A stretch of DNA of 64,000 nt, taken from contig OZ024754.1 of the NCBI GenBank assembly GCA_964016885.1, positions 39,556,001-39,620,000 of the forward strand. The letters are read 5' to 3'. Shown in pieces: positions 27,451-39,700 of this stretch (position 1 is its first letter; each line of letters opens with the position of its first letter). The DNA is from Eledone cirrhosa. Lineage: Eukaryota. Under the pieces are notes generated by a model that was given only the letters and a program-made list of their open reading frames with translations, was not told the DNA's origin and made no database searches. Made by a program: the position numbers and the translations under genes.

Positions 27451-29877
27451 ATTCTAGATACACTGTTGAGCTTGATAAGGATCAGTTAAGCATACTTGAA
27501 GATTGTGGGTTTGAAAATGTTATAGGATTATCTCAGAAACTCAATCAACTGAGATTTATCATTTATTAATAGTCAATATTCTAGAAACTTCTAATTGTCT
27601 TCTTAACCCTGGTTCTATGACATATAGCACAAGTGTTTATATTTATTTAAAAACCTTAGTTTTATGTTAGAAACGTCATTAAGCTATGCTACAAACACCA
27701 ACTTAATAACAAGAACATTAATCAAGTTATTAAATCTCTCCAAATTCTTGATTATTTTCAAAATGGTTTGAAAATTATAGATAATGGCTTTCATTAGAAA
27801 TATGGGAAGGAAAGAATTAAAGAATTATCTCAGAAACTTAATGAATTAATTGATATTTATCATTCATCAACCGTTAACATTCTAGAAACTACCAAGAAAC
27901 TCTTAATGGTAAAGTCTTCTTAATAAGTATCCTTAAAATAGCAACCAAAATAGGCAACATTTAGTGAAAATTCAACGAAATAAGCAGCATTAAAGAGAAC
28001 AATTAAAAGCTACAAAGTTGAATACAAAACAATCATTATGAGCTAGTACAGCACAGTGCTAACGAAGTAATATTACTCTAGAATCGACTTAACTTTGACA
28101 TGAAGGGGCTTAAAACAAGTGCTTTAGGTTGGATTATGCCAATAATGCTTTGATAAAGGGTAACTCAGTGAAACAAAATCAGGTGAAAATCTTACTATTT
28201 CTATGTCTGGAATTTTCTTGGATTTTGAATTAACCTTTAGAAAAATATAAGTACTGATGACAAATAGGATAAGATCATGGTGATACGTCATCAATACCCA
28301 TAATATAATATTTAAACAAAAACCAGATAAAATAAATAAATAATTATAGATGTTATAAAAGAAAAATAACTATGTTGAATATTTCAATAGTCACAAGTTT
28401 TCTTACGCTTTTATAATCAAAAATAGAATGACAACAATTGCGCAATAAGCATTTTAAGGCATATTTTCCCTGCTAAAGTAGAGATTAGTCTTGCAGGTGC
28501 CACGACTAGTTTCTGTATTTTGCCCCATCTTCTGCACTCCACACCAATCCTCTAGCTTTCACTTCCTCCTTCATAGTAGTTAGCCTTGTCTTTCTTGGTC
28601 TGCCTCTTCCTCTACTTCATTCTACATTCATTTCCATCACTTCCATCCTTCTTCAACACCTGACCAAGGCACCCCATTCCATTTCTCTTCTTCACAACAT
28701 TTGTCACTGATTCTGTTCTCATCATTCTCTGTAATTCCTCTCTATGAATGATACTGACTAGCAAGGGAATGGATGAAATAACTGCTTGCATAGTAAGTTG
28801 AGTGAAAGGAAATAATGACATTAATATACGAAAATATGATTGAAATTATGAAATGTTTCCATAATTCTCTGTATTTAATACCAAACCACTTATGGTTTTG
28901 TGATACAAATCTGGGGTGCTTTTAGTGTTTATTTTATCTAAAACCCTTCCATAATTTTATGCAAGAACGTTTGTAAATTTATATTCAAAACACAAACTTA
29001 ATAATGAGAAAGTTATATTGCTAAATCTCTCTGAATTTTGGATTATTTTCACAATGATTTGAAAAACACTGAAATATGGTGACGAAAGGGTTAATATGAA
29101 AAATGGTAAGCAATGATGCTAGAAACTTACATGATACAATTCTTTGAACACCCATACCATTTCTGGTATTTTAAGCTGGGATTACACCTTAAATTTTGCC
29201 TTTTTCAAAACATTGTTAAAAATCAAATAATAAAAAAAAACATCTCAATCAAATTTGCTTTATTTTCTAAGTCTGGACCTGTGCCTCACAAACTATTCTA
29301 AAACTTACTGGTATATCTTTGGAATACAAGAAGTGGCAGGTAAAAAAGTTAAAGTCTGTTAAAATGAGTAACTTTATAATCTAAACATCTCTATTTATTA
29401 AAAGAACAAATTAAAAAAATAGCTTCTTTTCAATCATGACTAACCATAGGTTGCACCAGAAAAGTTCCTCTCCATGGTGTAAGCCTGTGCAAGGGTTTTT
29501 GCAGAAGACCAGCAATCACCCTTGCATGCTAGTATCTCCTTTCCACACCACCAATGTTGTTCAAAGGAAAGGCTAAGGCCGATAGAACTTGACACCAGAG
29601 TTGTTGCAGTCACCCGCACTGCTCAAGAAGACACCAGTTCGTTTCAGGGTTAACTTCATTTTTTCTGGGTGAGTGGACTGGAGTAATGTGAAATTAAGGG
29701 CACAAAACCCCCAACCAGAAATCAAACACAGAACCCTATGATTGTAAACTAAATACCCCGACCACTGGGCTGCTCACTTTCATTTCTTACAAGAACCTCC
29801 TACCAAAAGAATAAATATATTTCTTGAGAAACTTTAGTGAGGTAGTTCTATGAAATAATAGAACATCAAATGCTTAC

Positions 29878-29946
29878 CACTTCATAACCTTTGTGCTTCT
29901 CATTAATAGACTGTCGTTCTCGTTCATGGAGAATTGAAGCAAATTC
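29878..29946 (-). CDS. PHF10: PHF10 exon 6 (EFASILHERERQSINEKHKGYEV)
   Basis: 69 nt, phase 0 to 0, aacAG acceptor and GTAAGC donor; resembles PHF10 ExxxILxExERQxI. Confidence 0.92.
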
Positions 29947-31183
29947 CTGTTAAAGGATAGAAAATAATCAATAAATTAACCATATTAATGATTTAATCAA
30001 GGGGTCAACCATTTAAACTGAACCCATGTACAGTTTCATCAAAACCCATTTCTTAGATCTATGCAATAAAATCTGATTGTTCAAAATAACATATATTTTT
30101 ATATTGATGCAATAATATTTCCTTAGAATATATATGACTGGTTTCAACATGAAAAGAGAAGTTGTATTCCTTTCATAAGTGGTGATGATGATGATTATTA
30201 AGGTGTCACCAAAGAGAAATCTTGCTCTCTGAGTTGCCTAGGGTCAACATCTATATCTGTGATGGCCCACAGCAGCTGTAGCATTCAAGACAGATGTGCT
30301 GATGTTTTCAATACTGAGATCTTTGTCTTGAAAGCTAACCACAAATGTTCAACATAATTAATATTTAAAGTGAAAGCTATTATACATTTATGAAGAAAAT
30401 AAATCATATCATTTAACATCCACTTTCCCTACAAGTAAAGGTTGGATGGGTCTAGATAGACCAATTCAGAACTGAAGTGGGCTACTGACCTCCCAGACAG
30501 GCCGGGGGAGGATGAGGTCTGCATCTCGTTCATGAAGGGTCTCACATTATACTGAGTGCACAGGAGAGGTTATCACGTATTTTAACACAACTTAAGGGAA
30601 CTCTAAACCCTTTTTTTAGGCATGGTTTCTACAGTGGGGTGCTAACCACCTTACATATATTCATTAAGAAAATAAATCATTTAACTTTTGCTTTCTCTGT
30701 TAGCAAGCGTTGGACAAGTCTTCAGAGACCAAGTCAATACTCAAGCAGGGCTACTGATCTTTCAGCCTGACCAAGGGTCCATATCTGGCTTGCATATGGT
30801 CCCATGCTCTACCAAATTTATTTTATTGTGACACTAGCACTAGAGAGGTTGTCATGTTGTTGAAACAACTGAAGGGTCCTCCCAACCTTTTGTTTAGCAA
30901 GCTTTCTATGGCTGGATGACCTTCCTATCACCAACCACTTTATAGTGTGTACTGGGTGAGTTTATCGTGTAGATCAACACTAGGGATGTTTGCATGTCTT
31001 TGACAACTGAAAAGTCCTCCCAAACCTTTCTTATTAAGAAAATAAATAATGAAAACAAAGGAAATCAGTCTGAATAAATAAAAATGGAATCACTTGAAAC
31101 TAAAATATGCACAAAAAAAAAATTCAAAATCAATAATTTCAACTGAAAAATATTGGCTTTAAATTAAGAATTATGTAACACAC

Positions 31184-31251
31184 CTGATATTTCTCAGGGT
31201 AATCTCGCAACATCAAATCATATACTTCTTCACATCTTAGGGCAGTTAATC
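31184..31251 (-). CDS. PHF10: PHF10 exon 5, SAY domain (GLTALRCEEVYDLMLRDYPEKYQ)
   Basis: Matches PHF10 GLTALRxxEVxDLMxxxYPxK; ctgcAG acceptor and GTGTGT donor. Confidence 0.95.
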
Positions 31252-31900
31252 CTGCAGAATAGAATAAATTGAAAAAACTAGTTCTAGATTCCAATTATGA
31301 AATTAATGATAGTATGATGACAAGTCTGAAAACTATATTGCAGTTTTACAAAATAGAGAAAACAATATGAATACTATTTCTTTGATGTATTTACTGAATT
31401 AAAACTAGTTTTTAGTTTACAATTTTTCATATCACTCTATGTAAATTCGTTCCACATGTTTATTGGTCAGAATTATGGCTTACAGAAAAACTGATCAATA
31501 GGGGAAACAACAGTAAAGTAACTCTTGGCACAAGATTTGGAAATATTACTTAACTATAAACATAATTAAGTTAACCATTTAGCATTTAAACCGGCCGTAT
31601 CTGACCAGAATTCCCTCACCTTTTCCTGTTCAAACCGGCTGCTCATTACTTATGTTAAGGTATTATTTTCAAAGTAAATAATATCAAAAGCTCATCGATT
31701 CGATATTATGTAATATAAAGCATTTACCGTGAAAAAACAATAGTTATATGTACAGTAATGTAAATGCTAAACGGTTAAACCTCTTCTCTTATTGTTTTCT
31801 TTTACTTGTTTCCGCCATTAGACTGCGGCCATATTGGAGCACTGTAGGTACAGTGTTAAGAAAGTAAAATAAGCAAATGAAAATTTTAAATAATTTTTAC

Positions 31901-31984
31901 CAAGATCACACTGGGTTTCAGTAACTACACCACGCTCTCTCAAAAATTCTTTTTCTTTCATTTCTGCAGGCCGTCTTTTTAAAT
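31901..31984 (-). CDS. PHF10: PHF10 exon 4, SAY domain (DLKRRPAEMKEKEFLRERGVVTETQCDLG)
   Basis: Matches PHF10 DLxRR...KEKxxLRExxVxTETQCxLG; phase 1 to 1. Confidence 0.95.
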
Positions 31985-32837
31985 CTAAAAATAAGAAAAT
32001 TCAATTAATAAATACCACACGGAAAAAATTTATCCACAAAACCCTACCATTAATTTCTTAAAAAAAAAATAAAATCCTGTTATTTTGATTGTAGCCATGG
32101 ATTAAAGTATTAAGATCTGTGTGCAATTTTTAGCTGGCCTTTTATGAGGTTTTATACCATAGGAGGTTTCTGGGGTGAAAAGCAACAAAAAATTAAGTGT
32201 CGTGTTCAAGAATACAACGCACTAGCTAGTCCACGAATCAAACCCAAAACCTTATGATTGTGAGTCCAACACCCTAACCACTGGAGCATGTGCCTTAATA
32301 CAAGAAAACCACTCAACTTTCGCTAGCATGTTATTATTACAGCTCACACCTATGTAGGTTAAGCCAGTGCCTTTCAAAGTTGCATATGATAGCAGGTTTC
32401 TTGGATGTTTCAATGAGAGGGGAGGGGGGGTCCCCCAGAGCTGGAACAGATACTTTAAGGAATCCCTGTCCAATGCTCTAACAATTCAATCAATCCAAAA
32501 TCCCAGATTGGAATATTATCTATTGACCCCAAAAAGAAGAAAAGCAAAGTTGTCCTTGGCTAGATTAAAAAAAAAATAAAAAAGTCAATATTTTGTTTTA
32601 ATTAAATGAAATCAATATTTGAATATAATATAATTACTGGGACTTGACTGACTGCTTCCTTTTCATGCCAGATGCTGTGTATACCTTGGGTGTACTCGAC
32701 CCCTGAATTTCTGTCTTACTCAGCAAAATTAAAAGGAGGGTATCCCACCTGAAGAAACAGCCCGGTTATGTAGAGTGATTGGGGCAGCGGGTAGCACAGG
32801 CTGTTCTTCATGGCAATACTTTTGCCATGATGTCCAT

Positions 32838-33025
32838 GGGCGGTAGATTGGCAGTATCGGTAGAGGGTCGAACGCCATGCTTTCTAGCATAGTTACGTCC
32901 CTTTACAGTCTGAGTTCAAATCCCGCCGAGGTTAACTCTGCCTTTCATCCTTACGGGGTCGATAAAATAAAGTACCAGTAATGTACTGGATAATTGCTGG
33001 CCTTGTGCCAAAAGTAGAAACAATT
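32838..33025 (+). mobile_element. tRNA-derived SINE family A, full length with TSD; other copies ~1834-2018(+), 7868-8010(-), 12200-12375(-), 19045-19250(-), 22752-22930(+), 48960-49092(-)
   Basis: A box TGGCAGTATCGG, B box GAGTTCAAATCC, central gcctttcatccttacggggtcgataaaataaagtaccag; TSD atgtccatggg at 32830-32840 and 33026-33036. Confidence 0.9.
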
Positions 33026-33234
33026 ATGTCCATGGGTCACAGCTGAGAGTTACCAGCAAAACAGGGGTATAGTGTTTGCCTTTCCCACTCGCTCTCTTAG
33101 TTTTGCTATTTTTTCGTTTTTTTTTTCTTCTTTTTATTGTATTATTTTATGTATATAAATTAAAAATGCAATAATTAGAACTTATATATCATTATCTATT
33201 CAAAAAGCCTGTTTGAAATATAGCATAACCATAC

Positions 33235-33359
33235 CTGGATATTTTCGTTTAAATGACTTGACAGCCAAATATTCACTAACTTGTTCTTGTAAAATGTACC
33301 ACTCACTGCTCATATCAGGCCATTGATACTCAAACAATTGATCAGGAAGGAAAGCATGG
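33235..33359 (-). CDS. PHF10: PHF10 exon 3, start of SAY domain ([41 protein letters not shown])
   Basis: Hand translation matches the PHF10/SAYP motif EYxWP...[19 protein letters not shown]; AG/GT sites, phase 2 to 1. Confidence 0.95.
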
Positions 33360-34074
33360 CTATAAACAAGGCAAAAATAAATGTCAATGATATGAATAAA
33401 TATTTTATATAATTGACACCTGAAAAATATTGCTTTAAGCAGAACAGAAGGTTAATCCAGTAAGATAATAAAGCTATTATTTTCGTAAGTGCAGGTATAA
33501 CAATCATCATCATCATCACAATCATTATTGTCATTTTACGTCCACTTTTCCATGTTTGCATGGGTTGGACGGGTCTTTTTCAACACAACATCCCTCTACC
33601 CCTTGTATTTCTTCCTCATTTTGTGACCTTCAAAAATTTGAGATCAGCTCTTACAATTTCCGTCCGTGTTTCCATGCTTGTGTGTGTGTATGTGTAAATA
33701 TATATATATGGCTTCATGAGTATGTGTTCCTCTCAGTACATCTTCATATCAACACGATTTGAAGAAAGTTATGACAATTGTTTATGTTCTGCATAATCAG
33801 CACGTCCCACAGTTAAACGGTTCAGCAACAATGGAGGTATATACCATACTTTAAAATATGTAGAGTTTAACATCAGGAAGGGCATCAAGCTGTAGAAAAA
33901 CTACCTCAAAAATGTTCATCCAACTCATGCCAACATGGAAAAGCAGACAAAACCCATGATAATTATGATGATGATGATGAAATTTGCACTTTTAATGTTA
34001 TCAAATAAAAATAATGTACACTTATAAAATTTATTTAAAACTAAATAACATTCTAAGCATAACTGCTGTAAAAA

Positions 34075-34255
34075 TGATATGGTATTAAACATTTTGAGCA
34101 GAGTTACTGTACAAATAAGGTATTAAACATTTTGAGCAGAGTTATGTACAAATAAGGTATTAAACATTTTGAGCAGAACTGCTGTACAAGTGATATGGTA
34201 TTAAACATTTTGAGCAGAGTTACTGTACAAATGATAAGGTATTAAATATTTGGTT
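34075..34255. repeat. ~38-bp tandem repeat x5
   Basis: ggtattaaacattttgagcagagttactgtacaaataa. Confidence 0.95.
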
Positions 34256-35443
34256 CAATATTTTTCTGCATCTGCTGTTTACTTTACTTAATAGCAGCTT
34301 AAGTCTTTTTCACACTTTAAATACCTCACTGTCTCTGACAATGATACATATCTAAAAGGCAGTATTTCTAAGAACAGTCTTTTTAATCATGCAACAACTA
34401 GGTTAAAAAAGAAAAGAAAACAATGCTATAATAGTAAGGAAAGGAGCCAATTGTCTGATTGAACCAAGAAAACAATGTTTCCATTGGTTGTTCTGTTGCT
34501 GATAATATCTGCTGATCGCAACAACTGACAAAAGGTGACATTTGAAATCAGAATACACAAAGACAGATCAGATACAAAACTTTTTCTCTGACTCTTAAAC
34601 AAGTCTACTTTATTTATCGATCCTAAAAGGATGAAAAGCATAACTGATCTCAGTGAGATTTAAAAAAAGCCGGACTAATTATGGAGATATTTAATTTGAT
34701 GCTCTTTAACGACCTTGCCAACTGCCAATATAATTATACATATATAACAATCATAGCTAAACATGTCATTTAACAGGGAAATAATTCACTCACTTTTTAA
34801 TTTCTTTTTTTACCGTAGAATCAGAGAGGGAGTTCCCATGACCTTTTACTTTTTCAGGGTCTGTGATACTGGTGAGAGGATAAAATGAAGTATCAATAAA
34901 CTGGAAAACTTGTGTGAAAGTTTGCAATAGAATGAACTTTGTTAAAGGCACATAGGGACTAGAAGGTGGTGTTAAACCAGCAAATAGAATAATAGGACTA
35001 GAAGGTGGTGTTAAACCAGCAAATAGAATAATACTGCTACCAAAGAACTCAGACTGCAAAGAGATGGAACAGATGCCAACAGGCATCTTGTCTGACACTC
35101 TAACAATTCTACCAATCCAAAGCTCTAGACTGGCACTTTATTTTATCAGCTCCAAAAGGAGGAAAGACAAAATTGACCTCAAAGATACTTGAATTCTCAG
35201 CACAGTTTTGGAAACAATACTCGACTCTGCCAATTTGCCGTTAGAATGTTGTATGATCTATAAAATCTGTAATAATTTAAATAAAGAACCATTTTATAGG
35301 TGCTCAGCCTACTAGAAATAGTAGCAAAATATCCCCCTAATTACAACCTTACTGTTTTAGAAAAAGGAGACATTGTATAATATAGTCCTAAGTAGACTGA
35401 GCCTAAGAAAATGACAAGATGGTTACAGCTGGAATGCCTTTAA

Positions 35444-35681
35444 CCCTTTCTTGACTGCATTTATAATGAAATACACTATTTTAATTAATTAATGAAAAAT
35501 GTTGAGGAATTTACTAAAATTATTAATTATTTCATTACTAAGATAGTAAGATACTTTACTAATGTAAGGTTCTTATATAAAATTATGTTGGAAGATTTAA
35601 ATTTAAATTGGAAATCTTTAAAATGGGTGGTTTTATTTCATAGGACCAGAGCTGGTTTTGGCCGGATTGGTAACTAAAGGG
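35444..35681. mobile_element. piggyBac-type MITE family 2; copies ~3300-3557, 14525-14790, 25388-25630, 27603-27820, 28875-29095, 62256-62507, 63566-63859
   Basis: TTAA|CCCTTT...AAAGGG|TTAA; shared aaaaccttccatcataattttatgtaagaac core. Confidence 0.8.
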
Positions 35682-36712
35682 TTAATGCAATTAGAACAAA
35701 CCAATGATTACAAACATTCCAGAATTAAACAATAGCAACAACAGTCAACAATGGAATAAAAATATTGAGAAAATTTGGTTACATAAACTTATTCTGATGA
35801 CTATTTATAGAAGCTTCACATGGATGCAGGCATGGCTGTGTGGTTAAGGAGTTCACTTTACAACACAGATGCTGATATGGCTGTGTGGTTAAGGAGTTCG
35901 CTTTGCAACCACATGGTTCCAGGTTCAGGCAGATTTTGTGGCGAACTTTTAGCCCTTTCTTATAGCATCAGATTGACGAATGCCTTGTGATGAAAATCTG
36001 GTAGATGGAAACTGTGCAGAAGCCCACCATGTGTATACCATAATCATTTAACATCTGTTTTTCCATGCTAGCAAAGGTATTATATAAATATTTATATATG
36101 TATATCATGGAAGTTGAACCTCACCACAGAGATGACAAAGGAGTACAAGAATTGGCAACTTGTGGTACTGGAGAAGACACATCTACCATTGTAAAAATGT
36201 GCATATGCCATGACCAATTCATCTCTGTCTATTCTGTTGCAAATACAACAAACTCTGCTCCTATGAAATAGTTGACGCATATGTGTATATGTGTGCATGT
36301 GCATACATTTATACGTATCAGTATATAAATATAAACATGCAAACACCTGACACACTTACAAAAATACACTCAGGCATACATTCATACAAACACAGCATGA
36401 CTAATGGAACGCCAGCTGCTATTTTGCTATAGTTTTTTCACCAACCCCTTACTTCCTTTTACACACACATACATTCATGCAGGCAGCAGTCGTAAAGAGA
36501 GAGGAGTGGTATGAGGTAGTCAAACTACTCCTTTCTCTTTACGTGTTGTGACAGAATTGTAGAAATTTACATATAGATATATATGTGTGTGTATGATCAA
36601 TAAAATAAGTACTGGGGTTGATATGACTCAAACAAGTAAAAGAATACAAAAAATAAGTAATAATGAGAATATCATTAGAACAATGAAAATTATTAAAAGC
36701 CACAATACTCAC

Positions 36713-39700
36713 GGTTCATGGTCTTCATGGTCTGTAATCTCACTTGTATTGTGTTCTTTGCGGCTGCTAGATGTACTACTTTTCTCCGATGTTGTAACAA
36801 CTGGTGGACAAGATGTGGTTCCGTTCGCTTTAGGTTTTGGAGTTTCAGCACTGGTAGTTGCTGAATCTGCTTCTTCAACACTTGAAACTTCCATTGCTGT
36901 TTCAACCCTTGATTCTGCTGCTGAGTCATCTTTTATATTGGAACTAATTTGAGAGTTTTCTGTAGAGCTGGAGGTTGGTTCTGAAGGAGAGCCTGAATTA
37001 ATTAATTTAGTTCTTTCAGAAAAATCTGATGATGCAGTAGCGGTTGTGGAAGTGGCTTGAATTTTTTCAGTTTTTCTCAAGTCCGACTGACTAGAACTTG
37101 ATGCCTGTCCTGTATCTTTTACTGACCTACAGGTGGCCTCTGAACTTTCAATAGAGTTAACATCAATACTTGAAGGGTGCTGCATGTCAAACTGATTTTC
37201 AAATTCAGTAGAACTTGATATACCTTGGTTATTAGTAATTTCATTGCCAAAAGTTGTGGTTGAAGCTGAAATATCAGATGCATCACAATTTCCAAAACCA
37301 TCTTCTAATAAACTATTTGCCGAAGATGTAGCAACATCTTGGCTGCTTTCTTGGTCCACACTCATCGAGCTAACTACATTCTGAATGTTTTCTGTACAAC
37401 TGGCAGTGACTTGGCAATTTTCAGATGAAGTAGCTGATGAACTAGCATGGTTGCTGTTGGTGTCTGTACAACTACCCTGGGTACTGCCCACTAGACTAGC
37501 AGAAGAACTTGCAGAAACTTGATTTTTTTCATTAGAACTGGCTGTAACATGGTCACTGCCACTAACTTGACTGCTATCTAGAAGCTGATGGCTTTCAGTA
37601 GAACTAGCTGACACCTGACCATGATCGATAGAACTAGCAGTAACCTGGCTGTTCTGAGTTGAGCTAGCTGTATGTGCCTCGCTAATTGTGTGGCTACCAC
37701 TTACTGAACTTGCTGACACTTGGCAACTTACAGCTGAACTGGCAGTAACAAGGAAATTTTCGGTTGAACTTGTCAATGAATTCTCATTCCTAAATGAATT
37801 GCCAGAAACTTCATCTTGTTTAAAAGAGCTGGAACATCTTCGATTCTGACTAATTCGGGATGAAGAAACAGATGCCTGATCATTATTCGGAGAAAACATA
37901 GAAGCTGTATGTTGATTAACAGATCTGCTAGTTGTGCTACACACTTGGCCATTTTTACTCTGCCCTACTGTCTTTAGAGGGTCACTCGTCATTTTATCTG
38001 CCTTCATGAGACTCCCCGTGACATAATCTGTCTTTCCAGTATTACCAAACAACTGGCCAGTTCTTGAAGAATTACTACTTACAGATACAGCATTCACGGA
38101 ATTGTCGTTTCTTAGTAGAGTTTCACACTTCTTAGAGTTGTCAGCTGTTGAAGTTTTTACAGTGTTACCAGGTAAAGTACTTTCCACTACAGCAGCTTTC
38201 ATGGCAACATTAGACATTTGACTATATCCACTGTAACCAGCTATCGCCTGATCATTATTTTTGGAGTTTCCAGGAATTTCATTAGTCTTTCGAGAATTAT
38301 TGGGTGCCTGTACATTTGTGAGATGACTCGATGGTAACTGGTCAGACTTTAAAGAACTGCCATAGATCTTGTCAGTTTTAACTATATTCCCAGAATTATA
38401 ATTTAATTTTGAAACATTTTCAATTGTTTGGTTTGGGATTGAACTAGATGAAGCCTGAAAAGTGTTACATACCTCAGTAGATGGCTTGACTTTTTTACAC
38501 GAGTTAGAATTGTTATCTTTCCTGCAAGTGTCTGGAACTATGTTAGCATTCAGTGACTCCTCAATAACCTGGCCTATATTGGGGAGACTACTAACAGGTC
38601 TTTCAGCTGGAGAAGTATTACTGGAAATAAAAGCAGGGTTAGTAACACTATCAACAATCTGTTCTGTTCTGCTGAGATTGGTTGAATCTTTATAACAGCT
38701 TGTTGTTCCCTGGTTATGTAATATTGAATTATTAGTTTTCAGAGCCCGGCTTTCAGAACTGCTACTAGACACTTGATTCATTTTCATAAAGTTAGCATTT
38801 CCATAGGAATTCCTTAATTTAGAGGGATCTAAAGCAGTTCTTGCTGGTGTAATGGGATTAATTAGATTTTGTTTACCAGAACTTACTGAAACAGATGCAG
38901 GAGATGGATAATTTGTGGCTAATGGCTTTCCAGAAGCACCGTGTAGTTGGGGCCCAGCTGTGTTTAATTGTGAAACAGATGAGACATGTGCAGAAGTATT
39001 TGAGGCTTGTAAAAGATGAGTAGAACTAACTGGTTTCTGTATAATGTCAGACGAACTACCAGAAGCCAACAGAGGATCAACAGAGCCACTGGCTAGGCGT
39101 GTTACATGAGAACTATCGGATATCTGTGCTGAGGAAGTAGAATTACTACATCCCTGCACTAAATGCACTGAACTGGCAGCCATTTGTGATAGATGCACAG
39201 TATTGTCTGTCAACTGTGATGGATGTACAGAACTGCCTGATACATGAGAAAGCTGTGACATAGCATCGGACATTTGTAATGAACTGGCAGAGCTACAAGC
39301 AACAGGTGGAGAATTAACAGAATTGCCTGAATGCACAGTTCCTCCTAGCACCTGGGTTGTATTACCCAACATTTGTACAAGATGTGCAGAACTGCCCGAC
39401 ACCTGTGCAGGGTGTACAGAGCCACTCGACACCTGTGCAGAGTATGTGGAGCTGCCTGGCACCTGTGCAGGGTATGTGGAGCTGCCTGGCACCTGTGCAG
39501 GGTATGTGGAGCTGCCTGACACCTGTACAGGTTGTGTAGGAATACCTGACACCTGTGCAGAGTGTGCAGATCCAGCTGACACCTGTGCAGGGTGTGCAGA
39601 GCTGCCCGACACCTGTGCAGGGTGTACCGAGCCACTTGACACCTGTGCAGGGTGTACGGAGCTGCCCGACACCTGTGCAGGGTATGCAGAACTAGCTGAC

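Noticed and set aside
32838-32930. tRNA-like A/B boxes as tRNA genes
   Set aside because: No cloverleaf or terminator; they are heads of multi-copy SINEs with TSDs
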